IMG/VR virus record: IMGVR_UViG_3300044701_004668
Span: 2,644 to 66,643 of that record
DNA: 64,000 nt
From: a virus
Strand: one strand, 5' to 3'
Position numbers and translations under genes: made by a program. Of the stretch, positions 48,277 to 56,697 are shown piece by piece. How positions within the stretch are numbered: position 1 is the first letter of the stretch; each line of letters starts with the position of its first letter. The notes beneath the pieces were generated by a model, which worked only from the letters and a program-made list of their open reading frames with translations, was not told where the DNA came from and did not search any database.

Positions 48277-48687
48277 CTAGCTGAAATAGATTCTCCCGTC
48301 ATCGCTCAAACAAGCCGTAATCTCACCAAAAGTCTTGGCGGCAGCATTTAGCAACCCCCCAACTTTTTCATCCCAGATAGAGGAATCCCAGAAACCAGTT
48401 CCCTCATAATTCCTGCTGCAAATGAAGTAAAACTCAGAACAGCCTTCGGGGTGGGCGCCAATGTAAAAATCATCAACGCTTTCCCAGGCATGATCGACTA
48501 CCTCATCAATCTCGCCCTCGACTTTATCAATGAATTGCTGAAATTCAAGATAAATTCTCTTGACGGAATCTGGGTCAACCTCTGCCGGGGAAAAAACTTT
48601 GTCCAGGGGCGTGCCAAAATCATCAGTTGAAGTTGACAGCATTGCGTCAACAAGTGCAAGAGCCGTAGGGTTCTTAATGGTTGTCAT
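48277..48687 (-). CDS. Acidic early protein
   Basis: F..SRN..GTGFWD...L...A..FGE......DG motif. Confidence 0.7.
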   Translation of the reverse strand: MTTIKNPTALALVDAMLSTSTDDFGTPLDKVFSPAEVDPDSVKRIYLEFQQFIDKVEGEIDEVVDHAWESVDDFYIGAHPEGCSEFYFICSRNYEGTGFWDSSIWDEKVGGLLNAAAKTFGEITACLSDDGRIYFS

Positions 48688-48692
48688 TTGAA

Positions 48693-49010
48693 TCAATTGA
48701 AGTAGTTGCCGATTTTGAATTCTTTTTCCGCCCCAGCAAGAATCTCTGCGGCAGCAAAAAGAATGACCGTATTCTGATAAAGCCTGAAATCGTATTTCAG
48801 CTCCTGGGGGCAGAAACTGTACCAATACTGCCCAAACCACTTATCGACAAACTGAAGACAGGGTTCCATTCCTAGCCCGAAATAGCAATACCCGAAATTT
48901 GCCTGATGAATAGAAGACAACTCCCTCATTAGAGAATTCCAAGAGGGGCCATCTACATTCTCCAGATAAAGAACAAACTTTACGGCTTCATCAATGACTT
49001 GCTGATTCAT
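48693..49010 (-). CDS. Hypothetical protein
   Basis: ORF in the operon, start at ATG 49010. Confidence 0.55.
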   Translation of the reverse strand: MNQQVIDEAVKFVLYLENVDGPSWNSLMRELSSIHQANFGYCYFGLGMEPCLQFVDKWFGQYWYSFCPQELKYDFRLYQNTVILFAAAEILAGAEKEFKIGNYFN

Positions 49011-49359
49011 GATCCTTGAGAATTTGTTCAAGAGTGATGGGGCGCATGTCGTCATCGACGCCCGTACTTTGCATCATCTTCTCCCTGATCTCCCGAAGGT
49101 GATGAAGATGTGCCAAGGCCATGTTGCTTTTAGAAAGCAAGAATTCACGAAGATAGTCGCGCCTCCAGAACTGAAAGAACATTTTGCGCTTTACTGTTTT
49201 TGAAAGGCCCACTGTTTCTTCCGCAACAGATCGAGCCCTTTTGTCCAGGGCCTCGATAATCGCAAGAACGTCACCAACATAAAGCTCGGGAGTTTTCACG
49301 TTTTGATAGAAAAGAGAAACTTTTGCCTGCCTTGAGTCAGAATAGTCAAATGAATTCAT
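48991..49359 (-). CDS. Hypothetical protein
   Basis: ORF in the operon. Confidence 0.55.
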   Translation of the reverse strand: MNSFDYSDSRQAKVSLFYQNVKTPELYVGDVLAIIEALDKRARSVAEETVGLSKTVKRKMFFQFWRRDYLREFLLSKSNMALAHLHHLREIREKMMQSTGVDDDMRPITLEQILKDHESASH

Positions 49360-49849
49360 GAAGATGCTCGGGAATTTCTGCATTGTTCCAGCTCGGAAAA
49401 ATCAAGCTGGTGAGATCGGCAAAAGAGATGGGCGTGATAGAACCGCCGAAGCTGTCATAACCCTTGGCAACCATGTAAAACTTGGCTGACGCGAAAAGAG
49501 ATTTATTGAGGATCGCACCATCAAGATCAATCCTCAGCAGCCTTGCAATCATCACCTCAGCAGAAGAAAATACATAATCTTTCGACTCCTGCTTTTTCCA
49601 TTCGCCTACCTTGCAGGACATAGGGAGAAAGTGAGTGCCAAACTCAGTAACAATCCAGAGCCTGACTTCGCCGCGACACATCCTCTTGAGAATGCGTGCA
49701 TCGTGAACTGCGACATCGGAAAGGTTGTGCCTAACAATGTCATCTGCCATGAAACACATGCGTTCATGCAGAGTTTGTTTTTCGTTGGCTGCGGGCGCAA
49801 CCTTGACCTGTTCTTGATGTGAAATAATTTGGAGACTGGAAGTGGTCAT
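49346..49849 (-). CDS. Early protein
   Basis: First ATG after cassette 8. D..VHD...L...WIV...GTH motif. Confidence 0.65.
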   Translation of the reverse strand: MTTSSLQIISHQEQVKVAPAANEKQTLHERMCFMADDIVRHNLSDVAVHDARILKRMCRGEVRLWIVTEFGTHFLPMSCKVGEWKKQESKDYVFSSAEVMIARLLRIDLDGAILNKSLFASAKFYMVAKGYDSFGGSITPISFADLTSLIFPSWNNAEIPEHLHEFI

Positions 49850-49915
49850 GCAGGGCTGGTGCCTTGGACTCTTACAGTATGGCACCAATCGGCCCCCTTG
49901 TCAAGCATAAATAAA
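49850..49915 (-). promoter_or_regulatory. Early promoter cassette 8
   Basis: TTTATTTATGC-TTGACA-17bp-CATACT. Confidence 0.85.
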
Positions 49916-49954
49916 ACAATTTGCATCTTTACCAGCAAGTACAACTGCGGGAAA

Positions 49955-50500
49955 TCACTCAAGATCAAGGTCTGGATAACGAGACTGATTCATCAACTTT
50001 GAAAAAATGTCAATAACTTCTGAGTAGGGGCGAAAAGGATCAAGTCTAGGAAATCCCCCAGGTGAATAAGGGCTGATCCATTTTGCAACTTGATTGTCAA
50101 CGAAGATTCTTGGGTGTTCAAACCTTGTGCCCAGCCAAATACAACCCGTGTCGATTGGGACAAAACTAGAGGCGGCGGTTCTCACAAATGGGAACAGAGA
50201 GCCTTCAGGGCAATAACTTTTATCGTATTTGTAATACTCGCCCCCATCAGCACGCACTGCAAGATCAAAATACCTTGTGTGCAAATCTCTGACAGATCGG
50301 TACTCTACAACCGCTGACCGCTCAACATCCTGAGTCGAAGCATAAACTCTTCTCAGTCTGATCTTCACGCCCTTCTTAAATCTCAAACATTCCTTGCACA
50401 AGGCAAATCTGTTATCTACCTGAGTAAGTGAAAAATAAAAATGACCACTATCTGAATAGCGCTCTTGAAATCTTTGACTCCCTGTTCGTCCTGTAGGCAT
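49955..50500 (-). CDS. Hypothetical protein
   Basis: ~181-aa ORF. Confidence 0.55.
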   Translation of the reverse strand: MPTGRTGSQRFQERYSDSGHFYFSLTQVDNRFALCKECLRFKKGVKIRLRRVYASTQDVERSAVVEYRSVRDLHTRYFDLAVRADGGEYYKYDKSYCPEGSLFPFVRTAASSFVPIDTGCIWLGTRFEHPRIFVDNQVAKWISPYSPGGFPRLDPFRPYSEVIDIFSKLMNQSRYPDLDLE

Positions 50501-50969
50501 CAACCTGATAAGAGGTGGGGCGAGGAAAAATTAAAAGTCTAAGCAGATAATGATGCAAGTCTTCCGTGTATTCTGTTGGCTCCAAATGAAGGAGCCAATT
50601 GAGAATCAGTCGAGACTTCTCAATGCAACGAGCATACCACATTCGATAAGCAACGGCTTGTGACTCCTCGATTGTCCTTGCTCTCATGAAAGTAAATGGG
50701 CAGAGAAACTCTTTGTGCCCTGGCGCCCCATAACCAGTAACTTTGTAGTAGCAATACCAGGGGCGTTTTATTTGCTGCTTTAACCTGAGAATCTGAAATA
50801 CAAAAAACATGATTGCGTCTTCATGCCTGATTGCTCGCCACCTGTCCGATTCGTGAATAAACCTCCCCCTGCTCTGCGCCCGTCTCGCCTTTTCTGATTC
50901 GTAGGTGCTTTTATCACGAACACTGATCTTGTAGGCAAACGAAGACCATTTGTTGCGCTTTCTCGCCAT
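50448..50969 (-). CDS. Basic hypothetical protein
   Basis: 173-aa ORF, last gene before the strand switch. Confidence 0.55.
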   Translation of the reverse strand: MARKRNKWSSFAYKISVRDKSTYESEKARRAQSRGRFIHESDRWRAIRHEDAIMFFVFQILRLKQQIKRPWYCYYKVTGYGAPGHKEFLCPFTFMRARTIEESQAVAYRMWYARCIEKSRLILNWLLHLEPTEYTEDLHHYLLRLLIFPRPTSYQVDAYRTNRESKISRALFR

Positions 50970-51164
50970 GACAGCAAAACTTGAATTGGTGGTCTCAGCT
51001 CAATGTTCCCATGTACGCCTTCATTTACGAAGCAGTCACGCTTAAAGGGGAATCCGAATCCGGGATTCTACCTGAATCTTGCTGCACCATGAGCCAAGCA
51101 GTGCATTTTCTTGACAGCATGGAGTACGCTCAAGTTACAATCAGGAAAATCACCAAAGAGCTTC

Positions 51165-51437
51165 ATGATCAAATTTGCGATTTCAGAATCAGAAAAGCAA
51201 ACGATTCTGAATCAATTGAAGAAAACTGAACAAGCTCTTAAACTTGCATCAAAAGAAACCACGGAACTTCTTGAGTGCCTTAAATCTGAACACTGTTCCA
51301 TCTCAAAAGAGCTTCAGGGCGAACTTGAAAAACATGTGACCGGCATCTGCGCCAACATGTTTAAGCTTAATGTGCAAAGAGTAAAACTGCAAGGGCAGGA
51401 AAGAGAGCTTTCCGGCAAACCAACAGAAATACTTTGA
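51165..51437 (+). CDS. Coiled-coil hypothetical protein
   Basis: ATG 51165. Overlaps a short upstream ORF (51089-51229). Confidence 0.45.
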   Translation: MIKFAISESEKQTILNQLKKTEQALKLASKETTELLECLKSEHCSISKELQGELEKHVTGICANMFKLNVQRVKLQGQERELSGKPTEIL

Positions 51438-51444
51438 AAAAGCC

Positions 51445-51473
51445 TTGACAAGGGGGCTCGTACCATGTATCGT
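51445..51473 (+). promoter_or_regulatory. Sigma70-like promoter
   Basis: TTGACA-17bp-TATCGT. Shares CTTGACAAGGGGGC with cassette 8. Confidence 0.65.
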
Positions 51474-51499
51474 CGAAAGCGATCCATGAAACACTTCTC

Positions 51500-51991
51500 A
51501 TGTCTCACATGTCAGAGCTTCGCCCAGGAACCAAGGTTTACGTCAGAGGTTTTAATGATCAAGAGTTTGAATTGATCAAGCACGAGGCAAATCAGCCCGT
51601 CGCCCTTGTCAAGCTCGACAACGGCAAAACATTTAAGACGCGGGCATTTCCGAATATCGTCTGCCGCCTCCGTTGTACGTTTTTGACTGACGACCAGAAC
51701 TGGAGGGTTCCAGCTATTCACGTCAGCAAGAAACCCTTTTCAGCTATTGCAAGCTTTACTGCAATTGCAACAATGTTTTTTACCGGAGTGGCGCAAGCAG
51801 GCGAGTCGAACAGCATTATCAAATTCTGTCAGACCGCATCAGACGCAAACATCTCAGGTATTTCAGTTGCGCCCGGATCTGAGCTAATCAGGCGCATCAT
51901 CAGAAAAGGAGATTTAACGGAAGAGGGCTATCTGTCCGTCTGGAGAGCTGCAAAGGGCTCAATTATTCCGATGTGCAGGGGTTTGTGGTGA
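51500..51991 (+). CDS. Hypothetical protein with internal hydrophobic segment
   Basis: 163-aa ORF followed by a GGCTGGCGCA/TGCGCCGGCC hairpin. Confidence 0.6.
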   Translation: MSHMSELRPGTKVYVRGFNDQEFELIKHEANQPVALVKLDNGKTFKTRAFPNIVCRLRCTFLTDDQNWRVPAIHVSKKPFSAIASFTAIATMFFTGVAQAGESNSIIKFCQTASDANISGISVAPGSELIRRIIRKGDLTEEGYLSVWRAAKGSIIPMCRGLW

Positions 51992-52054
51992 CATGCGGCT
52001 GGCGCATACTGCGCCGGCCTTAAATCTTCAAATCAATTCTTTAACTACATCAAA

Positions 52055-52429
52055 ATGGCAACCTTCCTCACCAAAAGAGAAGCACAAGAAAGAAAGTCAG
52101 CGGAACGAGAACAAAAGAGAGCAGACAAGCTGGCCTATTCAGATTTGATGTGGGCGGCAAAGAGAAGGTATCTCGATGAAGAAGAATGGTACAAGCTCCA
52201 TCAGCTTCATAAGACGTATGGCAAATGGGGGCCTGAAAGAAGTGAATACGAGTTTGGCATCCTTGAAGAAATGAGAGAGTTTTTCAAGCGCCATCAGGTT
52301 GGCAGCAAATGCCCGCACATGAACGCTCTTGAGAAGCATCTTGCAATGCACGCAGAGCAGCAAAAGGTAGAAGAAAAGGAGAAGAACAAAAAGATTGTGA
52401 TTGCACACCCTAGCGAGAAGAGAAAGTGA
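52055..52429 (+). CDS. Hypothetical protein
   Basis: 124-aa charged ORF. Confidence 0.65.
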   Translation: MATFLTKREAQERKSAEREQKRADKLAYSDLMWAAKRRYLDEEEWYKLHQLHKTYGKWGPERSEYEFGILEEMREFFKRHQVGSKCPHMNALEKHLAMHAEQQKVEEKEKNKKIVIAHPSEKRK

Positions 52430-53427
52430 CAGCGCCAACTCTTACCATTCAAAACTTCAATAAGCTATCAGTCAAGAATTTGACCGATGCTCTTGACAGC
52501 AGCCAGCCCTACATAGATGCAATAACAAGCCAGGAATCTCTTTATCGGTCGCCCAGTGGTTACACCGATTGGAACCTGCACCTGAAGATATGTTTTGCAG
52601 CAGGTAGCACTGGAGTAATCTTGCGTGGTTACGAAACACGCGACATACTTGCGGTGAAAGTTGGGGAGCTGAGCAGGGAAACCTTGTTGAGTCACGCCCC
52701 AGCGCGTTTCATCACAAAAGAAATGTGCGAGGCATTTTGCAATACGCCAATCCCCACGCTCACGAAAGACATTCTTGAGGTGCTGCCATACGTTCACCTG
52801 TTTCTGCCCAGAAAGTTTATTTATGACCACCAGGGTGACGAAGTAATTTCACTTATCATCAAGGCTGGTGAGCTTTTCCCCGAGGGGAACAGCGAAGAAG
52901 CAGAAAGAAGCAGAGAAATCTGCAAGCAGTTTTTCCCAGGCGAGAAGCTGGCCCCACAAGATTTTCACGGGGCGAAGGGAATACAAATAGGGACAATCAC
53001 GCCTGGCGGCAGCAACTTCTGGCAGGAATTCATTGACGAAAATGCAAAGAGCTGGCACGAGGAAAACGTAAAATATACAGATAAGTCTGGGTATCAGCAT
53101 GAGAGCACGGAGAGAATCATCAGAATTGCAATCAACTCGCTACTGGTGCATCTATACGAGCCGGAGCTAATTACTACAGACTCTCGCCCCATCACAAGAG
53201 GCATGGGTTTTGGTGGGGGCGGAAACAAGCAACCTCTCGCCCCAACCTGGATTGGCAAAGGCTTTAAGTATCAGAGAGAAAGAAAGAAAAGCGTCGAGCA
53301 AGCAGGAACGAAAAAGAACGTCAGGGCGCACTGGAGAAGGGGGCACTGGCATACAGTTCTATGCGGCCCAAAGAAGTCTGAAAGAAGGGTTCAGTGGTAC
53401 AGACCTGTTTTTGTTACAGGCGCCTAA
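52426..53427 (+). CDS. Phage protein with C-terminal HWRRGHW motif
   Basis: VRAHWRRGHWH...GP......W..P..V, a recurrent motif of unknown function. Confidence 0.75.
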   Translation: MTAPTLTIQNFNKLSVKNLTDALDSSQPYIDAITSQESLYRSPSGYTDWNLHLKICFAAGSTGVILRGYETRDILAVKVGELSRETLLSHAPARFITKEMCEAFCNTPIPTLTKDILEVLPYVHLFLPRKFIYDHQGDEVISLIIKAGELFPEGNSEEAERSREICKQFFPGEKLAPQDFHGAKGIQIGTITPGGSNFWQEFIDENAKSWHEENVKYTDKSGYQHESTERIIRIAINSLLVHLYEPELITTDSRPITRGMGFGGGGNKQPLAPTWIGKGFKYQRERKKSVEQAGTKKNVRAHWRRGHWHTVLCGPKKSERRVQWYRPVFVTGA

Positions 53428-53695
53428 CTTGCAAGCCGAGACCATGCTGGCTTACCTGATTCACTGGCGGCCCCTGAGTCGCTTTTCTTTTGCCGAGCCG
53501 CTGAGGACACTTTGTACTACTGTCATAAGTACAAAGAGACTTTGCCCGATTTACCTTCCTTCGGCGCCCCGTGCAATTAAAAATCAAAATCCACCATTGC
53601 TGGCGACTTAACAGATTTGGGCGCAAGGAACAGATCGAGGCGGCCCCTGGGTTGCGGAGGGGGCTACACTGACTAGATCACGACCCCTGAAAAGG

Positions 53696-55180
53696 GTGAA
53701 ACCCAGAGAGCGGCAAACTCTCTGGGCTTCGATAGCGGATACCGCCGCTCCCAAAATGATAACAGCCCCTCACCCGAATCAGCAACTCACCCCCCAGGAA
53801 CAATGGCTCAGGGCGGCCTACACCGGGGAGTGGTACGAGCTGATTGAGAAAACAGCCGGCGGGCAGTGGCGCTCGCTAGTGAAGCCGTACAAAATTGAAG
53901 GCGCTCTAAAACATCTTGCAGATGAACGCAAGATTACAGGCTACCGCCCCGAAAAGAACACTCGGGCAATCGTAATTGACATTGACCACAAAAAAGGCTA
54001 TCGCAGCAAATACTGGCACAAGGGCGGAGAGAGCAAAGAAATTCTTTTGCTGCAAGAACAAGTAGAAAAAATTGGTTGCTCCTTATCTGTAATTCGCAGC
54101 AGCTATTCAGGGGGGCTTCACCTCTATGTCTCTCTGCCTGAGGCGATCCCCTGCTGGGTCGCTCACTGGGCCGGGGTGGCTCTCCTGAGGGCCTCCGGCA
54201 TGGAGGAGGGCCAAGGGCAGGCAGAGGTCTTCCCGAGCCGCCTCGACTACCTGGAGCAGGGGCGGGCAAGGAGCCACGGGTTCAGGCTGCCAGGCCAGGA
54301 GGGCAGCGCCCTGGTGGTGAATGGGGCGATGGTGGAAGATGGGGATTTGATATATAAACAGTTGAATGAAGATTTGGAAAACACGGAAATCTGCTATGAA
54401 TGGCAAAATTTTATTGAGAGCGCAAAATCACAACGCAAATTGCGCAACAGAAAACCGGGGGCGAGCAATGAATGCGTAAATGCAAAAGATTTAAGGTGGA
54501 CCGAATCAGGGCAAAGTCAAGAGATACTTAAAAAAGTCACAACCACTGTAAGATTTGCCCACCCCAACATAAATTGCCCGGTTGAGCTGGGGCGGATTAT
54601 TCGTGAAACGGTAGTGCGCCTGGAAGGCTTTGATAGATACGCCTCAAATAACACCAAAAAAGATTTGATGCGCGAGAATGGGGGCATACATGAAAGATGG
54701 GCGCGTTCTTCACTAAGAAAAGAATTCAGAGGGCGTGCATCAGAAAACGAAACGGGTCTGGGCGGTGATAAAAAACGCAATGAAAGACTTTTCAAGCAAA
54801 GTCGAGTCAAACTTCAACGTTTATGGAAAAAATACAAGGAAGCTGGCAAGTGGAGCAAGAGGCAGGTTGCCAAAGCAGCCGGAATGGCCAGGGCAACCCT
54901 TGAGAAGCACTGGGAATACTGGGTTTCTCTACTGGCCTACACCCCCCCTAGTAACGGTGTCCGCCAGGGGGGCAGCCGGTACAGGAAGGCAATGTCGCCT
55001 TCTGGTAGGTATATTTGCAGAAAAATTGCTTCAAAATTCGATCAGGCTTTTGTTTACCTTGATGAATTCGATTGCTTTATCAAAAATCCACTTAAAAAAT
55101 TGCTAGATAGCTCAATACTTTGCAGTTCCTCGCCCCCAAGAGATTTACCAGTGGTTGACACATGGCACCATCGGTGCTAG
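53696..55180 (+). CDS. AEP-family primase / plasmid-type replication protein with C-terminal HTH
   Basis: IVIDID (DxD), RSSYSGGLHLY (SxxGxH), EVFP and FRLPGQ motifs, plus HTH SKRQVAKAAGMARATLEKH. True start may be ATG 53756. Confidence 0.72.
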   Translation: MKPRERQTLWASIADTAAPKMITAPHPNQQLTPQEQWLRAAYTGEWYELIEKTAGGQWRSLVKPYKIEGALKHLADERKITGYRPEKNTRAIVIDIDHKKGYRSKYWHKGGESKEILLLQEQVEKIGCSLSVIRSSYSGGLHLYVSLPEAIPCWVAHWAGVALLRASGMEEGQGQAEVFPSRLDYLEQGRARSHGFRLPGQEGSALVVNGAMVEDGDLIYKQLNEDLENTEICYEWQNFIESAKSQRKLRNRKPGASNECVNAKDLRWTESGQSQEILKKVTTTVRFAHPNINCPVELGRIIRETVVRLEGFDRYASNNTKKDLMRENGGIHERWARSSLRKEFRGRASENETGLGGDKKRNERLFKQSRVKLQRLWKKYKEAGKWSKRQVAKAAGMARATLEKHWEYWVSLLAYTPPSNGVRQGGSRYRKAMSPSGRYICRKIASKFDQAFVYLDEFDCFIKNPLKKLLDSSILCSSSPPRDLPVVDTWHHRC

Positions 55181-55205
55181 GCTTCAAAGGTTCGCATTCT
55201 TTTCA

Positions 55206-55511
55206 ATGTTCTATCGCAAAATGTCAGTCCAGAAATTCAGGTCACTAATTGAAAGATTTTCAAGTAAGCAAAAAAATCTGAACGCAATCGCTATCGGTCT
55301 TTATACGCTCCCAATTGATAAGCCGGTTGCGTTGGCAGAGCGGTTGCCGGAGGATTCCGATCTTGATGAATACGGTCGGTGTCTTTATGGGTGCTGGAAT
55401 GGATTAAACGAATTTTGGTGCTGGGACTTGCAAAAGAAACCGCTTGATATTGATACGCATTGGCTGCCATTTGATGTTCAGGTTGCCCCTCACAAACTTT
55501 TCAAGCCGTAG
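55206..55511 (+). CDS. Hypothetical protein (PV..ERLP...THWLP domain)
   Basis: PVALAERLP..D.D..GRC...THWLP. Confidence 0.65.
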   Translation: MFYRKMSVQKFRSLIERFSSKQKNLNAIAIGLYTLPIDKPVALAERLPEDSDLDEYGRCLYGCWNGLNEFWCWDLQKKPLDIDTHWLPFDVQVAPHKLFKP

Positions 55512-55521
55512 TCCATAGATA

Positions 55522-55957
55522 CAAGAAAGGCCCGAGAGTCAATCCCCCGGGCCCTTCCGTGACCTTCGCGCTTGCCAAATGGGTCGAGGGCGCACCAGCG
55601 GATCAACTGGCAGAGATGATCAACCTCTGGCCTGCAAACACAGGACTTAGCCCGATGCGGCGACTGGAGATTTCCGGTCCATGCAGAGCGGGAACACAAC
55701 CCGGAGATTCCTACTGTCGCGTCTGGCGCGGATTCAGAACCAAAGAAAGGGTTGCGTCGAAGATGGGTAGCTCGAAGTTGGCGAGAGAATGCCATGGCTA
55801 ATGACAAGCTTTGAAATCACCGGGCGAGCATCCATCTTCATTTCCAGTATTTACTAGGTTTTCCGGTTGCAACACTGGCAAACTCCCCGGAAACCGCCCT
55901 GCCGCCTAAGCAGGGTCTTTGTTGCGGCCTACGGCCCGGTAGGGGCTTTGAGTCGCT
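55522..55957 (-). ncRNA. Predicted ~440-nt structured non-coding RNA
   Basis: Extended -10 TGATAGAAT at 55963-55971, more than ten hairpins, a long-range helix and a terminator at 55522-55555. Family not recognised. Confidence 0.6.
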
Positions 55958-55968
55958 CAGGGATTCTA

Positions 55969-56217
55969 TCACGGATTGCGTGAAAGAAAGACCCTGCCCC
56001 ATGAGCCCTCATCTTGGTCCGAGTTGAACCAGCGAATGCGCCCAAAGCATCCCTTTTCGGGCTGACAACCAAACCACCAGAGCTGATCTCGATCTGGCTG
56101 ATGCCAAATAACTCTTTTCGATTCACTTTTATCTTTAATAGAAACCACTATCTTTACAAGCTTTCCAATAAATGTCTTATTGCCTTCACTGTCGGTAAAA
56201 TACAAACATCTTTCCAT
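55969..56217 (-). CDS. Hypothetical protein
   Basis: 82-aa ORF behind a strong promoter. Confidence 0.55.
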   Translation of the reverse strand: MERCLYFTDSEGNKTFIGKLVKIVVSIKDKSESKRVIWHQPDRDQLWWFGCQPEKGCFGRIRWFNSDQDEGSWGRVFLSRNP

Positions 56218-56247
56218 GTTTGAGGGGTTAAGAAGCTTGGCATCTTA

Positions 56248-56276
56248 ATTCTATCACGCAGTTTTCTCTTTGTCAA
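56248..56276 (-). promoter_or_regulatory. Sigma70 promoter
   Basis: TTGACA-17bp-TAGAAT with extended -10 TG. Confidence 0.8.
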
Positions 56277-56569
56277 GTCATGCCATGATCCGTTTGTTTT
56301 TTCTTCAGCGTCGCTCTATTGGTTTTAGCGTTATATTTATATTCACTCGGTTTTCTGCCACTTCTCTTTGCCGCCCGATCCTTCGCTCTTCCCGCCGCGC
56401 CCATTGCCTGCCTCTTCTTGCCATATTCGGTTAATTCGTCGCTGCCTTTTTTCAAAATACCGGAATCTTGCAATCTTTTTCTAGCTGTTGCATTTGCCGC
56501 CCCCTCTGACATCCCATTGCGACGAAGCTGGGTTACGAGTCTTTTGAGGATACTTGCCTTAACTGCCAT
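56273..56569 (-). CDS. Small basic protein
   Basis: ILKRLVTQL...A.A...LQ.SG.LK.G...LT..G..R..M....RAKDRA.K...YKYN...N.A. Confidence 0.7.
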   Translation of the reverse strand: MAVKASILKRLVTQLRRNGMSEGAANATARKRLQDSGILKKGSDELTEYGKKRQAMGAAGRAKDRAAKRSGRKPSEYKYNAKTNRATLKKKQTDHGMT

Positions 56570-56634
56570 TTCGCTGGTTTTGCCTATCAAGATTTTAGCT
56601 GCAGGGGTTTTTCGTGTGCAGATTTGCAAACCTG

Positions 56635-56663
56635 TTGCGCACTGGGACCAATGGTGCTACTGT
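56635..56663 (+). promoter_or_regulatory. Sigma70-like promoter
   Basis: TTGCGC-17bp-TACTGT with extended -10 TG. Confidence 0.55.
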
Positions 56664-56697
56664 TTGAAAGTTGTTAGCCCGTTGAAGCGCACCAGCC

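Noticed and set aside
39278-49915. Repeated elements as a CRISPR array
   Set aside because: Copies are 0.4-2.3 kb apart, separated by whole genes, and contain -35/-10 boxes. No cas genes are present.
53683-53696. CCCTGAAAAGGG as a lambda boxB/nut site
   Set aside because: A single short GNRA hairpin with no boxA and no N-like gene recognised.
55490-55807. ORFs 55490-55807 (-) and 55559-55801 (+)
   Set aside because: Weak TTG/GTG starts, no protein-like motifs, and the minus ORF runs through a terminator. Better explained as structured RNA.
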